Shown: piece after piece, positions 28,384 through 36,908 of the stretch
Numbering within the stretch: the first letter of the stretch is position 1
Layout: each line of letters starts with the position of its first letter
Position numbers and translations under genes: made by a program
IMG/VR virus record: IMGVR_UViG_2744054492_000006
Length of the DNA stretch: 64,000 bases
Reading direction: 5' to 3' (one strand)
Source: an uncultured virus (IMG/VR IMGVR_UViG_2744054492_000006)
Lineage: Duplodnaviria; Heunggongvirae; Uroviricota; Caudoviricetes
The notes under the pieces: generated by a model
Databases searched by the model: none
Seen by the model: the letters and a program-made list of their open reading frames with translations, nothing else
Told to the model about the DNA's origin: nothing

Positions 28384-29202
28384 TTATTCTTCGCAAATTA
28401 CAGCTAGCAACTCAGTTTCAGTCTTTCTACGCCCGACAAACCCACCCACATTTCTAGTGACCGGCACCGTGCCCAAAATGTATGGTTCAAATAAATCTCT
28501 AAACTCGCCGCAATCTCTATAAGAGATCACAATTCTATTGTTAGTCGCGTACTTCTTTGAAATCTTCAACAAGCGCGCTAGGTCGTCTCCGCGAAATTGC
28601 TTAGAGTTGTATTCACTAAATACTCGCGCTTCGTTTGTAAAATACGGAGGATCCATGTAAATGCAACTACCTTCAGGCTTAACGGTATCAATAAATGCCT
28701 CGAAATCATCACTTGAAATAATAGCTCTTCTCAAAACAGATGAAATATTCTGAAAGTCATTCAAAGAAAGCTTTTGCTTTACCTTCTTTTTGGCGCCAAA
28801 AGGTGTGTTAAATTCACCTTTTTTGTTTGTTCTGTAAATTCCATTAAAGCAATAATGATTCAAGTAGACGAATCTTGCCGCCTTCTCAACTCCTAGCTGA
28901 AGCTCGTTAAACTCCTCGCGAACCTCATAGTATCGCTCCTCTGAAATCTCAATTTTATCATAGATCTTCCACACATCATCAGCACTATCTCTGACATGTC
29001 GAAAGCAATCCATCAAATTCTCATTGACATCATTCAAAAATGCTACTTGAGGTTCGAACTTAAAAAAGAACGCTGCTGATCCGCAAAAAGGCTCGATGTA
29101 TGGGCGAGAGAAATCTAAATAGGATTTGATTTTCTCTGAAACATTGGATTTGCTACCCGCCCACTTTAGCAGTTTTAACGTTTCGGACATAATAGCTTCC
29201 AT
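28384..29202 (-). CDS. Dam/D12-class N6-adenine DNA methyltransferase
   Basis: KWAGSK, EPFCGS, NDVN, FNGIYRTN and DPPY motifs. Confidence 0.92.
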   Translation of the reverse strand: MEAIMSETLKLLKWAGSKSNVSEKIKSYLDFSRPYIEPFCGSAAFFFKFEPQVAFLNDVNENLMDCFRHVRDSADDVWKIYDKIEISEERYYEVREEFNELQLGVEKAARFVYLNHYCFNGIYRTNKKGEFNTPFGAKKKVKQKLSLNDFQNISSVLRRAIISSDDFEAFIDTVKPEGSCIYMDPPYFTNEARVFSEYNSKQFRGDDLARLLKISKKYATNNRIVISYRDCGEFRDLFEPYILGTVPVTRNVGGFVGRRKTETELLAVICEE

Positions 29203-29354
29203 TATCCAAGCATAAAGTGAGGCTATCCAAGTTTTACCCCCTTGAAGATGAAGTGATTCACATCGTCGTTAGTAATAGCTAGTTATCGAAATTGCAGACG
29301 AAATACAATTGATAGAGACTGCTAGATAACCTGTTATACTCATCGGTCATCAGG

Positions 29355-29810
29355 TTAGAATCCACTTTCATGTATTATCTTCAAGCTAGGAGCCTTACAA
29401 AGTACCAAAAATTTGTGCGCCAACACTTCGAGTGCTCCATACACAGGTAGGCGTCCCAGTTTGCTTGGCACCCGATATCTAAGAGACATGTTTCTATGCA
29501 GGTCGCTAATAACCGCCAATAATCGTATTTCCTTTTCATTCAAAACAAGCATCTTGTCAGCACCATAAGCATTGCACTCGTCCCACAATCTAGCCAAGTT
29601 ATGTCCCAGCTTTTTAACTTTTTTATTGTTACAGCCATTTTCAAGCAAAAACGATTTTAGAGATAGTTCAATAGAGAATGCCATCAAAAGCATAACCGGG
29701 CGTGGAGCTGACATTGCGTATGCGGGAAACTTCCCAACATTCTTGTCTGCATCATTCGCGCATGCAAAGTACAATCTCGCCTCCGCCGCAAATTCTTCGT
29801 GTTTTTTCAA
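29355..29810 (-). CDS. HEPN-like protein
   Basis: FSIELSLKSFL..GHNL..LW..LRY pattern. Confidence 0.65.
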   Translation of the reverse strand: MKKHEEFAAEARLYFACANDADKNVGKFPAYAMSAPRPVMLLMAFSIELSLKSFLLENGCNNKKVKKLGHNLARLWDECNAYGADKMLVLNEKEIRLLAVISDLHRNMSLRYRVPSKLGRLPVYGALEVLAHKFLVLCKAPSLKIIHESGF

Positions 29811-29872
29811 TTAATTTACTCCTTGCAAATGAACAGCAATAAAACCTGTTTATGATGCCTGATAGTATCTCA

Positions 29873-30385
29873 CTACTCAATCTCCCCCACCACATGCCCC
29901 AATCCATTGCGCATCAGCCTCGAAACATAATCGCGGGTAGCCCTACTTGGCGTCCCAGCCTCTCTCTTCGCCTGGTTCTCCTCAAACCCAATCGCCGCTT
30001 CTGTGATAGATAGGCCCTGCCCGGCTATAGCGAACACTGCCTGCGATTGATCAGGCCCCAAGAGGGTTGCGATCCGTTCCAGTGTTCGGTTTGCGTCTGT
30101 GGTGGAGACAAGAAGCCAGTCGCGCACTTTGCGGCTGCAATCAACGCGGGGCTGGGTGAAGTCGATGGAGCTAGCTTGCCCCTCGCATTCAGCATACAGC
30201 GCCCGGATCTTGCAGCCTGCCAGGTATTGCTGCTTGGTGATGTGTTTGTTGTTGTAAAGCCATTCCAGCGCCTGCCCGCGTTGGTACTTTGCCCGGCGCA
30301 GCGCTTCCTGCTTTTGCTCTTTCTTGGTGCCGCGCAAGCGGAGTGGATCTGTATTCTTAGAGCTCAACATCCTGCATCTCCCCAT
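29873..30385 (-). CDS. Putative late-gene regulator / Q-like antiterminator
   Basis: I...QY.AG..IR motif and C-terminal sigma70 region-4-like HTH; position after replication genes. Confidence 0.6.
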   Translation of the reverse strand: MGRCRMLSSKNTDPLRLRGTKKEQKQEALRRAKYQRGQALEWLYNNKHITKQQYLAGCKIRALYAECEGQASSIDFTQPRVDCSRKVRDWLLVSTTDANRTLERIATLLGPDQSQAVFAIAGQGLSITEAAIGFEENQAKREAGTPSRATRDYVSRLMRNGLGHVVGEIE

Positions 30386-31022
30386 GTCGTAAAACTTCTT
30401 TAGCGATCAGGCCTGCCAGCCGCTCACGCCGCCGCTCAAAAGTATCTGCCATCAACTGAATTGGATGGTTTGGCGGGAGCGCTGCGAGCTCCCGTGTGGT
30501 TTCCCCGCGCAGCACATCCAGAGCAGTTTTCACCTGCCCGGCCACGCGCCGGTTGCGCTCCATTGTGGCCACCACAAGAATCTCAGTTTCCGCCATATCC
30601 GGCATGCGCTTTTCCCGGCGCACAAAGTCCACCAGATCCGCTTGCCAGCCAGCAAGGCAGGCGGAAAGCGCAGTGTCTGCATTCGCTCCCACCATTATCT
30701 TGATGGCCACATGCTCAGGCCATGGATAGCCGCCCACCTGCAGGCTGGGCTCAGGTGTGCCTTCCAACTGCCGTTGCGCCTCAGTGCAGGCTTTCACGCA
30801 CTCTCCAACAAACGGCCAAACAGTGCTTTTTGCAGCCAGCACCAACGCATCCGCTCCGGCTTTCAGCACCTCCTCTGAAAACCCGCTAAGCTTCTCTCGC
30901 AAAGAGGTGAAATAGGCTTCCTCGTTGCTGCCTGGCACCTTTTTGAAAGTGCCGCCCAGCGTACTCAAAAAGTGCTGCGCTATGAGGTCATTGGCTGATT
31001 TTGTCTGTGCGGCCGCGCTCAT
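30357..31022 (-). CDS. Hypothetical replication-module protein
   Basis: Coupled (ATGA) to the initiator gene; WP.VGE motif as in helicase-loader-like proteins. Confidence 0.6.
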   Translation of the reverse strand: MSAAAQTKSANDLIAQHFLSTLGGTFKKVPGSNEEAYFTSLREKLSGFSEEVLKAGADALVLAAKSTVWPFVGECVKACTEAQRQLEGTPEPSLQVGGYPWPEHVAIKIMVGANADTALSACLAGWQADLVDFVRREKRMPDMAETEILVVATMERNRRVAGQVKTALDVLRGETTRELAALPPNHPIQLMADTFERRRERLAGLIAKEVLRHGEMQDVEL

Positions 31023-31912
31023 GCATACCCCTCACCAAACACTTTGGTAATCGCCGCCCGGCAGCGCTCTGCTGATCTGTCCAGATCTCGCGCCCTCGCT
31101 GCTTTGGCCTTGCTGCCATCAGGGATAAACCGGCCTTCAATCTTGCCCAGCTCTTCGCGGCTGCGTTTGGCCGCAAGAATGGCGCGGGTGAAGTAGTTGA
31201 GGCTGCGCGGTTGCTCCGGCGCACGCCCCAAAACATGGGTAATTGTGGGTTTTACATCCATTTCAAGATCGCACCCATGGATCAACCAGCCCCAAACCGG
31301 GTTTAGGCCGCCCCGCACCTGCGCTGTGGTGGCATCAAGCCCTAGTGATTTCAAAAACCGACTACAGCCCTCAACAAACCTCTGCCCGGCCTTATCTGCG
31401 GGTGGTGAGCTGGAAGGTTGAGTGGAAGCATTTTCGCATAAAGACCCACTCGCAGCCGCTTTGTCTTCTTCTTCTTTAGGTTTTAAGGACTCGTTCTTAT
31501 AGGTGCCGATCTGGGGTGGCAGGGGCTGCCGCTTATTGGATGGCACCCCCTGCCTGTCATTCACATGGGTATCCGGGGGAGCCTCTTCTAAAAGATCCCC
31601 CTGCCCGTCCTGGCGCTTTCGCTTGTTCTCCACCCGATAAGTATGGGAGCAGTCACCACCATCAGCACGCACACCTCGCATCACTTTAAGCCAGCCATAG
31701 CGCACAAGGTTGCCAATGGATTTTTGCACTGTAGAGCGTGCAATCTCCAACTGCCGGGCAATCTTCACCTGACTGCGATAGGTCACCCCATTGCCATCGG
31801 TAGAACAGCACAACACGCCCAGAACCTGAATATCCCTTGGTTTCAGGCGCGTATCTTCAAAAACACCAGCAGGAATAATAGACAAACGGGGACGGTTAAC
31901 AGGCTTAGGCAT
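31019..31912 (-). CDS. Phage replication initiator with N-terminal HTH
   Basis: YRSQVKIARQLEIARSTVQKSIGNL..GWL winged helix. Confidence 0.75.
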   Translation of the reverse strand: MPKPVNRPRLSIIPAGVFEDTRLKPRDIQVLGVLCCSTDGNGVTYRSQVKIARQLEIARSTVQKSIGNLVRYGWLKVMRGVRADGGDCSHTYRVENKRKRQDGQGDLLEEAPPDTHVNDRQGVPSNKRQPLPPQIGTYKNESLKPKEEEDKAAASGSLCENASTQPSSSPPADKAGQRFVEGCSRFLKSLGLDATTAQVRGGLNPVWGWLIHGCDLEMDVKPTITHVLGRAPEQPRSLNYFTRAILAAKRSREELGKIEGRFIPDGSKAKAARARDLDRSAERCRAAITKVFGEGYA

Positions 31913-32059
31913 TTTACGACCTCCTGAGCAGTGCGGATAATTGGAAAAGTAAGAACTAGAAAATCAGTGGCGGAATACGCGCTCTGATTACAAAGGGATT
32001 GAAGCTAACAAGGTGACTTGTAACTATACCCTCAGAACAGCCCTAACGGCTTGTGGCGG

Positions 32060-32284
32060 TCACGGACCCATAGCTTTCCGTCTCCCGTTGCCACGTCTCC
32101 AATTGAAGAGATGACGTGGCATTTCCATATTGGCGGCATGCGCCAACTGTTCCATCTCATGAAACCACGAAGCAGGAAATTGCCCTCGCACAACGGCAGC
32201 GCTTACAGCGCCCGATTTAACCCCGAGAGCATTTTGAATATTCTTCCTGCCAAGCGTTTGAGCAACTTCGCGTGCGTTAATCAT
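32060..32284 (-). CDS. Cro-like HTH regulator
   Basis: LGRKNIQNALGV..AVS..FPASW; divergent from the repressor. Confidence 0.75.
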   Translation of the reverse strand: MINAREVAQTLGRKNIQNALGVKSGAVSAAVVRGQFPASWFHEMEQLAHAANMEMPRHLFNWRRGNGRRKAMGP

Positions 32285-32293
32285 GCGACAAAA

Positions 32294-32354
32294 ATCAACG
32301 TTTCGTAGATTATAGTCAACACCATAAATACAACATAGTCTACATTTATTGGAT
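32294..32354. promoter_or_regulatory. OR-like operators (17-bp ATCYAC-N5-GTRGAT) and PR -35
   Basis: ATCAACGTTTCGTAGAT (32294-32310), GTCTACATTTATTGGAT (32338-32354), minus-strand TTGACT at 32319-32314. Confidence 0.7.
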
Positions 32355-32690
32355 TATGATAGAATGCAATCCATGACTAGAAGAGTGATTTCAGGACGTT
32401 ACGCGGATTCCGCAATACGACTTAGAGCTGTGAGAAAATACTTCGGTATGAACCAGAAGGATTTCGCGGCAAATGCCGACATTCAATACAAGTCCTACAA
32501 TCAATGGGAAACCGGAGACTTTCGCGTCTCAATACCCGGCGCAATAAAGCTGCGTGAGCGATATGGGATCTCAATGGACTTCATATATTTAGGCAACATT
32601 GATGCATTGCCCACCAAAATGGCCAATGAACTCATGTCCATATTACGCGACAATGCCTCTAATAAATCGAACGATAGTGGGGACGATTGA
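32349..32690 (+). CDS. CI-like XRE-family repressor (no peptidase domain; true start probably slightly downstream)
   Basis: RLRAVR..MNQKDFA..YNQWETG..GISMDFIYLG HTH_3 pattern. Confidence 0.88.
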   Translation: MDYDRMQSMTRRVISGRYADSAIRLRAVRKYFGMNQKDFAANADIQYKSYNQWETGDFRVSIPGAIKLRERYGISMDFIYLGNIDALPTKMANELMSILRDNASNKSNDSGDD

Positions 32691-33003
32691 GCCCCTTTTA
32701 ACAACAACTGGAAGCGTTCTTCTTGGTCCAAAACGACCTCCCACATCCCCTAAGTATCCGATATTTAACAACGATGATTCGTTTACTTCGCGTTAATAAA
32801 CCAATTAGAATTGCAAAGCACACAAGACCCTCGTTGAGCAATTCCAACGCATTAGTGAACTCTTTTCACCCTTCATCAGAACACTCTGAATTTTCTCAGC
32901 ACTAAAGATTCTTTCCATACAAAGAGCAGCTATTTAAGTGCGCAGCTCTATACCCCTGAGTGCGTCAAATATTTGCATCAATCAAAAGAAGGTCAACTAA
33001 TAA

Positions 33004-33058
33004 ATCTACGTTTCGTGGATTACATTGATTGACAATCCACAATTCGTAGATTTATGAT
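33004..33058 (+). promoter_or_regulatory. PL-like promoter flanked by two operators
   Basis: ATCTACGTTTCGTGGAT (33004-33020), TTGACA (33029-33034), ATCCACAATTCGTAGAT (33035-33051), TATGAT (33053-33058). Confidence 0.8.
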
Positions 33059-33135
33059 TTCTGTATGTTCTGCTTTTTGTGGATAGTTTGTTTCGCAAGG
33101 CAAGAACCTGATTACGAGATTAATCTCTGCCATCA

Positions 33136-33366
33136 ATGACAGGAGTAGTCATGCGTACTTTTGATTTGACGAATACCCAGTGCACCCATAGTGAACACAG
33201 CCTTTCAAGCTATTATGGCTTACTGCAGCCAGAAATATTCAGCCTCGAACGCCTGGTAGAGGCTGCGCCCCTCTCTTTGAGTGAACGCGGCGAACTTGCG
33301 CAAATCATCGCAATCCGCTTTTCCAGCGGAGCAAGCCGCGCCCTTTCCCTAGCTCCAACTCAGTGA
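33136..33366 (+). CDS. Hypothetical early protein
   Basis: ORF after PL with AGGAG RBS before MRTF. Confidence 0.5.
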   Translation: MTGVVMRTFDLTNTQCTHSEHSLSSYYGLLQPEIFSLERLVEAAPLSLSERGELAQIIAIRFSSGASRALSLAPTQ

Positions 33367-33374
33367 GGTTCAAC

Positions 33375-33815
33375 ATGGCACCTCGGAAGAAGAAACAGGA
33401 CGAAGCTCTGCAGCCCAACTCTAATGCTGGCGGTATTGCAGCTGATCAACTGCGCAGCTTTGTAGATCGCATTGAACGCCTGGAAACTGAGAAAAAGGGC
33501 ATTGCAGACGATATCAAGGACGTCTTCACAGAAGCCAAGAGCAACGGATTTGATACTCCAACCATGCGCCTGCTTCTCAAACTTCGAAAGCAGAAGCCGC
33601 ATGAACGTGAAGAGCAGCAATCCATGCTGGATCTTTACTTGCACGCCATGGGCATGGCTGGTGAGTACACGATTGCAGAACAGCAAGGCATCGACGACGC
33701 CAGCGCGGGCAAGGCAGTCACAGACAACCCTTTCCTCACAGATGACCCAAGACACGCCCAATGGGCCACCGGTTGGCAAATGCAAACCACCCTCCTCGCA
33801 ACTCAGGACAGCTAA
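33375..33815 (+). CDS. GapR/DUF2312 nucleoid-associated domain fused to an RMF-like C-terminal motif
   Basis: QLRSFVDRIERLETEKKGIADDIKDVFTEAKSNGFD (DUF2312) then G...A.AG....NPF...R..W..GW. Confidence 0.85.
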   Translation: MAPRKKKQDEALQPNSNAGGIAADQLRSFVDRIERLETEKKGIADDIKDVFTEAKSNGFDTPTMRLLLKLRKQKPHEREEQQSMLDLYLHAMGMAGEYTIAEQQGIDDASAGKAVTDNPFLTDDPRHAQWATGWQMQTTLLATQDS

Positions 33816-33842
33816 GCCCCAAAACAGCGGGAGCAACTCAGC

Positions 33843-34088
33843 ATGCCTAACCAACTCATTTTGGTAAATCAAAAGACAGCAGCAGAAATGCTTGGGGTTT
33901 CTGTAACCCTCTTCAAACGTCTACGGTCAACCGATCACAGGCTCACGCCTGCTGTCATCCCAGAGACAAAGGGCGAAGAGCGCTATTATGTGCCAGATCT
34001 TCAGCAGTGGGCGCATTCACTAAAGTATCCTCACACGGATCCTTTAACCTCAAGCGGTGGAATGTGGGATGACCAAAGTGCGGCTTAA
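33843..34088 (+). CDS. Excisionase-like HTH protein
   Basis: AAEMLGVS..RY...DL..W; overlaps the integrase start. Confidence 0.75.
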   Translation: MPNQLILVNQKTAAEMLGVSVTLFKRLRSTDHRLTPAVIPETKGEERYYVPDLQQWAHSLKYPHTDPLTSSGGMWDDQSAA

Positions 34089-35136
34089 AGGCTTATCGAC
34101 ATATGCACGCAATGGCAGATGGTATGTTTATATTCGCAGCAACCGGAAAGCACTTGTAAAAGGCTTTGAAGGGTCCAGAGAAGCCCTTCAAAGCCACCTC
34201 TCAACACCAGAGATCCTGCAGCGCTATACAAAGCTGGTAGACGCTCCAAAGGACAAAGGCTTCGGCACCCTTGGCGGGTTGATAGAGTATTATCAAACCA
34301 AAGACCGCTGGACCAAACTCTCCCCACGCACGCAATCAGACTACCAGAGGGTCATAGACTGGCTGAGAGCAAAGAATGTTCTCAAAGCCCCTCTGATAAC
34401 GGTTGCCCCCTCAGACATGGCAATCACCCGCGACAAAGCCGCCGAAGACAAATACCCCAAATTCTCAAACGATGTACTCGCCATGCTGTCAGCCGCCTTT
34501 TCCGTGGGCGTCGAGTATGGCTATGCAGGCTTGAAGCTAAACCCGGTCAGGGGTATCAGCCGAAAATACAAAAACTCAGCAAACGCCAACCGAAGATGGA
34601 AAGAAGCAGAGTTCGAAGCAATCTTTGAGATCATCCCCAAACACCTGAAGCCAGTCCTGGCATTGGCAAGGTGGACAGGAGCCAGAGGGCAAGACATAGC
34701 CTCACTTAGATGGGACAATCTGCAAGGATCGCAGGCAGAAGGCTACTCCATCACCTACACCGCCAAAAAGAACAAGGTTGATTGCCTCTTCTACGTCTTG
34801 CCACCCCTGCAGGACGTGCTGAACGCAGAAGATAAATCAACCCTCACCATCTGTAAGAATTCCCGAGGCAAGCCCTACCCGTCAGAGAACGCCATGCGCA
34901 AGGCCTGGCAGGACTTCAAAGCAAAGCCGGTCTTCAAAGACACCTGCCCCACTGGATCAGATCTCACATTGCACGGTTTGCGCGTGACCTATGCCAGCGA
35001 GCTGAAAGACCATGGATTTTCAGATGAAGATGTTGCCCAAGCCATTGGCGACAAATCAACATCAATGGGTAAGCACTATGGCAGAGGCAAGAGTGTTGAA
35101 AAATTCGCTTCAAGGGTACGTAGAACTCTCTCCTAG
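34069..35136 (+). CDS. int: Tyrosine integrase
   Basis: TGAR, K, HGLR and HY catalytic motifs; ends 105 bp before tRNA-Cys. Confidence 0.93.
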   Translation: MTKVRLKGLSTYARNGRWYVYIRSNRKALVKGFEGSREALQSHLSTPEILQRYTKLVDAPKDKGFGTLGGLIEYYQTKDRWTKLSPRTQSDYQRVIDWLRAKNVLKAPLITVAPSDMAITRDKAAEDKYPKFSNDVLAMLSAAFSVGVEYGYAGLKLNPVRGISRKYKNSANANRRWKEAEFEAIFEIIPKHLKPVLALARWTGARGQDIASLRWDNLQGSQAEGYSITYTAKKNKVDCLFYVLPPLQDVLNAEDKSTLTICKNSRGKPYPSENAMRKAWQDFKAKPVFKDTCPTGSDLTLHGLRVTYASELKDHGFSDEDVAQAIGDKSTSMGKHYGRGKSVEKFASRVRRTLS

Positions 35137-35241
35137 AGAACGGTTTATGAACAGCTTTTGCCTAACACATCTGAGAAAGTTGCCTAACTGGCTTGACTAT
35201 CCGCCCCAAATATCAGAAAAGCCGTTCCACACCATACTGTT

Positions 35242-35315
35242 GGCCTCTTGGCGGAGTGGTGACGCAGCGGATTGCAAATCCGTGTACGCCGGTTCGATTC
35301 CGGCAGAGGCCTCCA
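35242..35315 (+). tRNA. tRNA-Cys (GCA)
   Basis: GGCCTCT/AGAGGCC acceptor stem, TTGCAAA anticodon loop, GGTTCGATTCC T-arm, encoded CCA. Confidence 0.97.
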
Positions 35316-35469
35316 CTTTCTTTTCCTGACATTGTTATTGTTTATCTTATTGGGGTTTTTCCCTCACGTTTTTCGTGATGGAACCAAGGTGAGGGATTCT
35401 TGCCCCCAAAATTGCGCCCTGCTACCCTCCCAAACTTCCTGTCAGGAGAGATCATTTGGAGCACGAGCA

Positions 35470-35709
35470 ATGGAAAACCGTCCAGTCACTTTGACAGACC
35501 TGAAAGAACTCGACGCGCCAGTTCGCGCTCACTGCAATAACTGCCAGAACGCTGATTACGTTTCCACTGAGAGAATGCCCGAGGATACAATCGTAATTCA
35601 TATTGCTCGGAAGCTGCGTTGCTCGCACTGCGGATCCAAGGACGTCACATCCCGTCCTTGCTACCAGCACATGGTGCCACAACATCCCCAAGAGACCTCT
35701 CAACAGTAA
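35470..35709 (+). CDS. Small zinc-ribbon protein
   Basis: HCNNC and LRCSHCGSK pairs; GGAG RBS. Confidence 0.75.
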   Translation: MENRPVTLTDLKELDAPVRAHCNNCQNADYVSTERMPEDTIVIHIARKLRCSHCGSKDVTSRPCYQHMVPQHPQETSQQ

Positions 35710-35848
35710 TCAGCCGTAACTAACATTCGTAAACTGTTATCTGCTTACGGCTCTCGATTACCTGTTCCTCATTAATTGTCGCGGATTGCCTGTTATCTGG
35801 CGGTTAAATACCGTTGTCCAGCAACTATCTTTTGTTGAGGGGCACAAT

Positions 35849-36514
35849 ATGGCGCATACGATTTCAGCTATTCAGCAGAAAGGTGGCTGCGGCAAGTCCA
35901 CCTTGATAATTTCTCTTGCGAGCATTCTCGCTGGAGAAGGCCACAACATCATCATTCCAGACACTGACACACTCCGCTCTTCCTCACTTTGGGCAGAGCA
36001 AGAAATCTTAGATCGCGGCAATATTGATTTCCTCCGCGAGACAAACGACAACGCGATCACCGGACTGCTGCAAGAGCTTAAGGGTGAGTACGATTACACT
36101 CTTGTAGACACCGCAGGCTTTAACTCACGTATCGCAGCGTACATCGCAGCTGCTAGTGACCTGGTCTTAATCCCCTGCTCTACAACCGTTGCCGATATTG
36201 AGGGAGCAGTAAACACCCAGCGTTTCCTCTCAAAACTGAGTGCAAAGACAGGCAAGCCAATCACAAGCGCAGTGGTAAGGACGGACTTTGACCGCAACAC
36301 CCGCAATGTTGACGACATCACAAACGAGCTATCTGAAGAATCGGCTCTCGACGTTCTGAACACCATCCTCTGGCACACCACAACATTCAAGACTGCAATG
36401 AACACGGGAGACTCCATCAAAGGCCGAGCCAAGGTCTACACTCGGGAACTCGTAGGAGAGTTACGGGCAAAGCACCTCATTCCTCCTGCAATCGTTCGGA
36501 AAGCAGCAGCGTGA
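35849..36514 (+). CDS. parA: ParA-family partition ATPase (short, type Ib-like)
   Basis: QKGGCGKST deviant Walker A, DTD, VDTAG and DLVLIP motifs; no N-terminal HTH. Confidence 0.9.
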   Translation: MAHTISAIQQKGGCGKSTLIISLASILAGEGHNIIIPDTDTLRSSSLWAEQEILDRGNIDFLRETNDNAITGLLQELKGEYDYTLVDTAGFNSRIAAYIAAASDLVLIPCSTTVADIEGAVNTQRFLSKLSAKTGKPITSAVVRTDFDRNTRNVDDITNELSEESALDVLNTILWHTTTFKTAMNTGDSIKGRAKVYTRELVGELRAKHLIPPAIVRKAAA

Positions 36515-36523
36515 GGTTGAGCT

Positions 36524-36871
36524 ATGGCAGACTATAAAGCGAAGCGACAGCTCATTAATCGAGACACGAGCACAGTTGAGCAAGCTCCAGAAGCCGCTGT
36601 AAAGCCCACTGAGAGCTCATCCATCCAAGACATTATCGCACAGCTAGTGAATGACCGGCCAAGCGAGCATGAGGCCATGCTGAGCGCCTTGCGCAAATCT
36701 GAGAGGGGCAACGTCGCTTACTCTCTCGTTCCAATCCCTATCATTGAGATGATTGAAGCTCGCCGCAAAGAACTGAAACTGGGCAAGAAGGAATATTTCT
36801 ACCACTTGCTGCGAGAAGACGGCTTACCCGTTCCCACCCTAGAAGAACTTGACGCCCGCAATCGGCGATGA
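36524..36871 (+). CDS. Small ParA partner (putative centromere-binding protein)
   Basis: Directly downstream of parA; flexible N-terminus and C-terminal ribbon-helix-helix-like segment. Confidence 0.6.
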   Translation: MADYKAKRQLINRDTSTVEQAPEAAVKPTESSSIQDIIAQLVNDRPSEHEAMLSALRKSERGNVAYSLVPIPIIEMIEARRKELKLGKKEYFYHLLREDGLPVPTLEELDARNRR

Positions 36872-36908
36872 TTGCGAGCGTCAAAGTTTCTCATATTGGA
36901 TTGTTAAG

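Larger units (their letters stand above)
1..35241. mobile_element. Prophage 1 (lambda-type packaging, RcGTA-like tail tip); left end lies outside the window
   Basis: Complete ordered module set: lysis, tail, head, terminase, Q-like, replication, cro/cI, xis and int next to tRNA-Cys. Confidence 0.93.

Noticed and set aside
28384..29202. Classical type II restriction-modification pair
   Set aside because: No adjacent PD-(D/E)xK, HNH or GIY-YIG nuclease is recognisable in the operon; the partners are a phosphoesterase and an ATPase.
32687..32905. Gene downstream of cI (possible antirepressor or immunity gene)
   Set aside because: An in-frame TAA follows the natural overlapping start and the remaining 60-aa frame has no motif; it cannot be supported.
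33360..33872. 170-aa minus-strand ORF
   Set aside because: Antisense to the clearly conserved GapR-like gene.
35272..35469. 145-aa ORF starting inside the tRNA
   Set aside because: The N-terminal extension overlaps tRNA-Cys; the credible start is ATG 35470 with an RBS.
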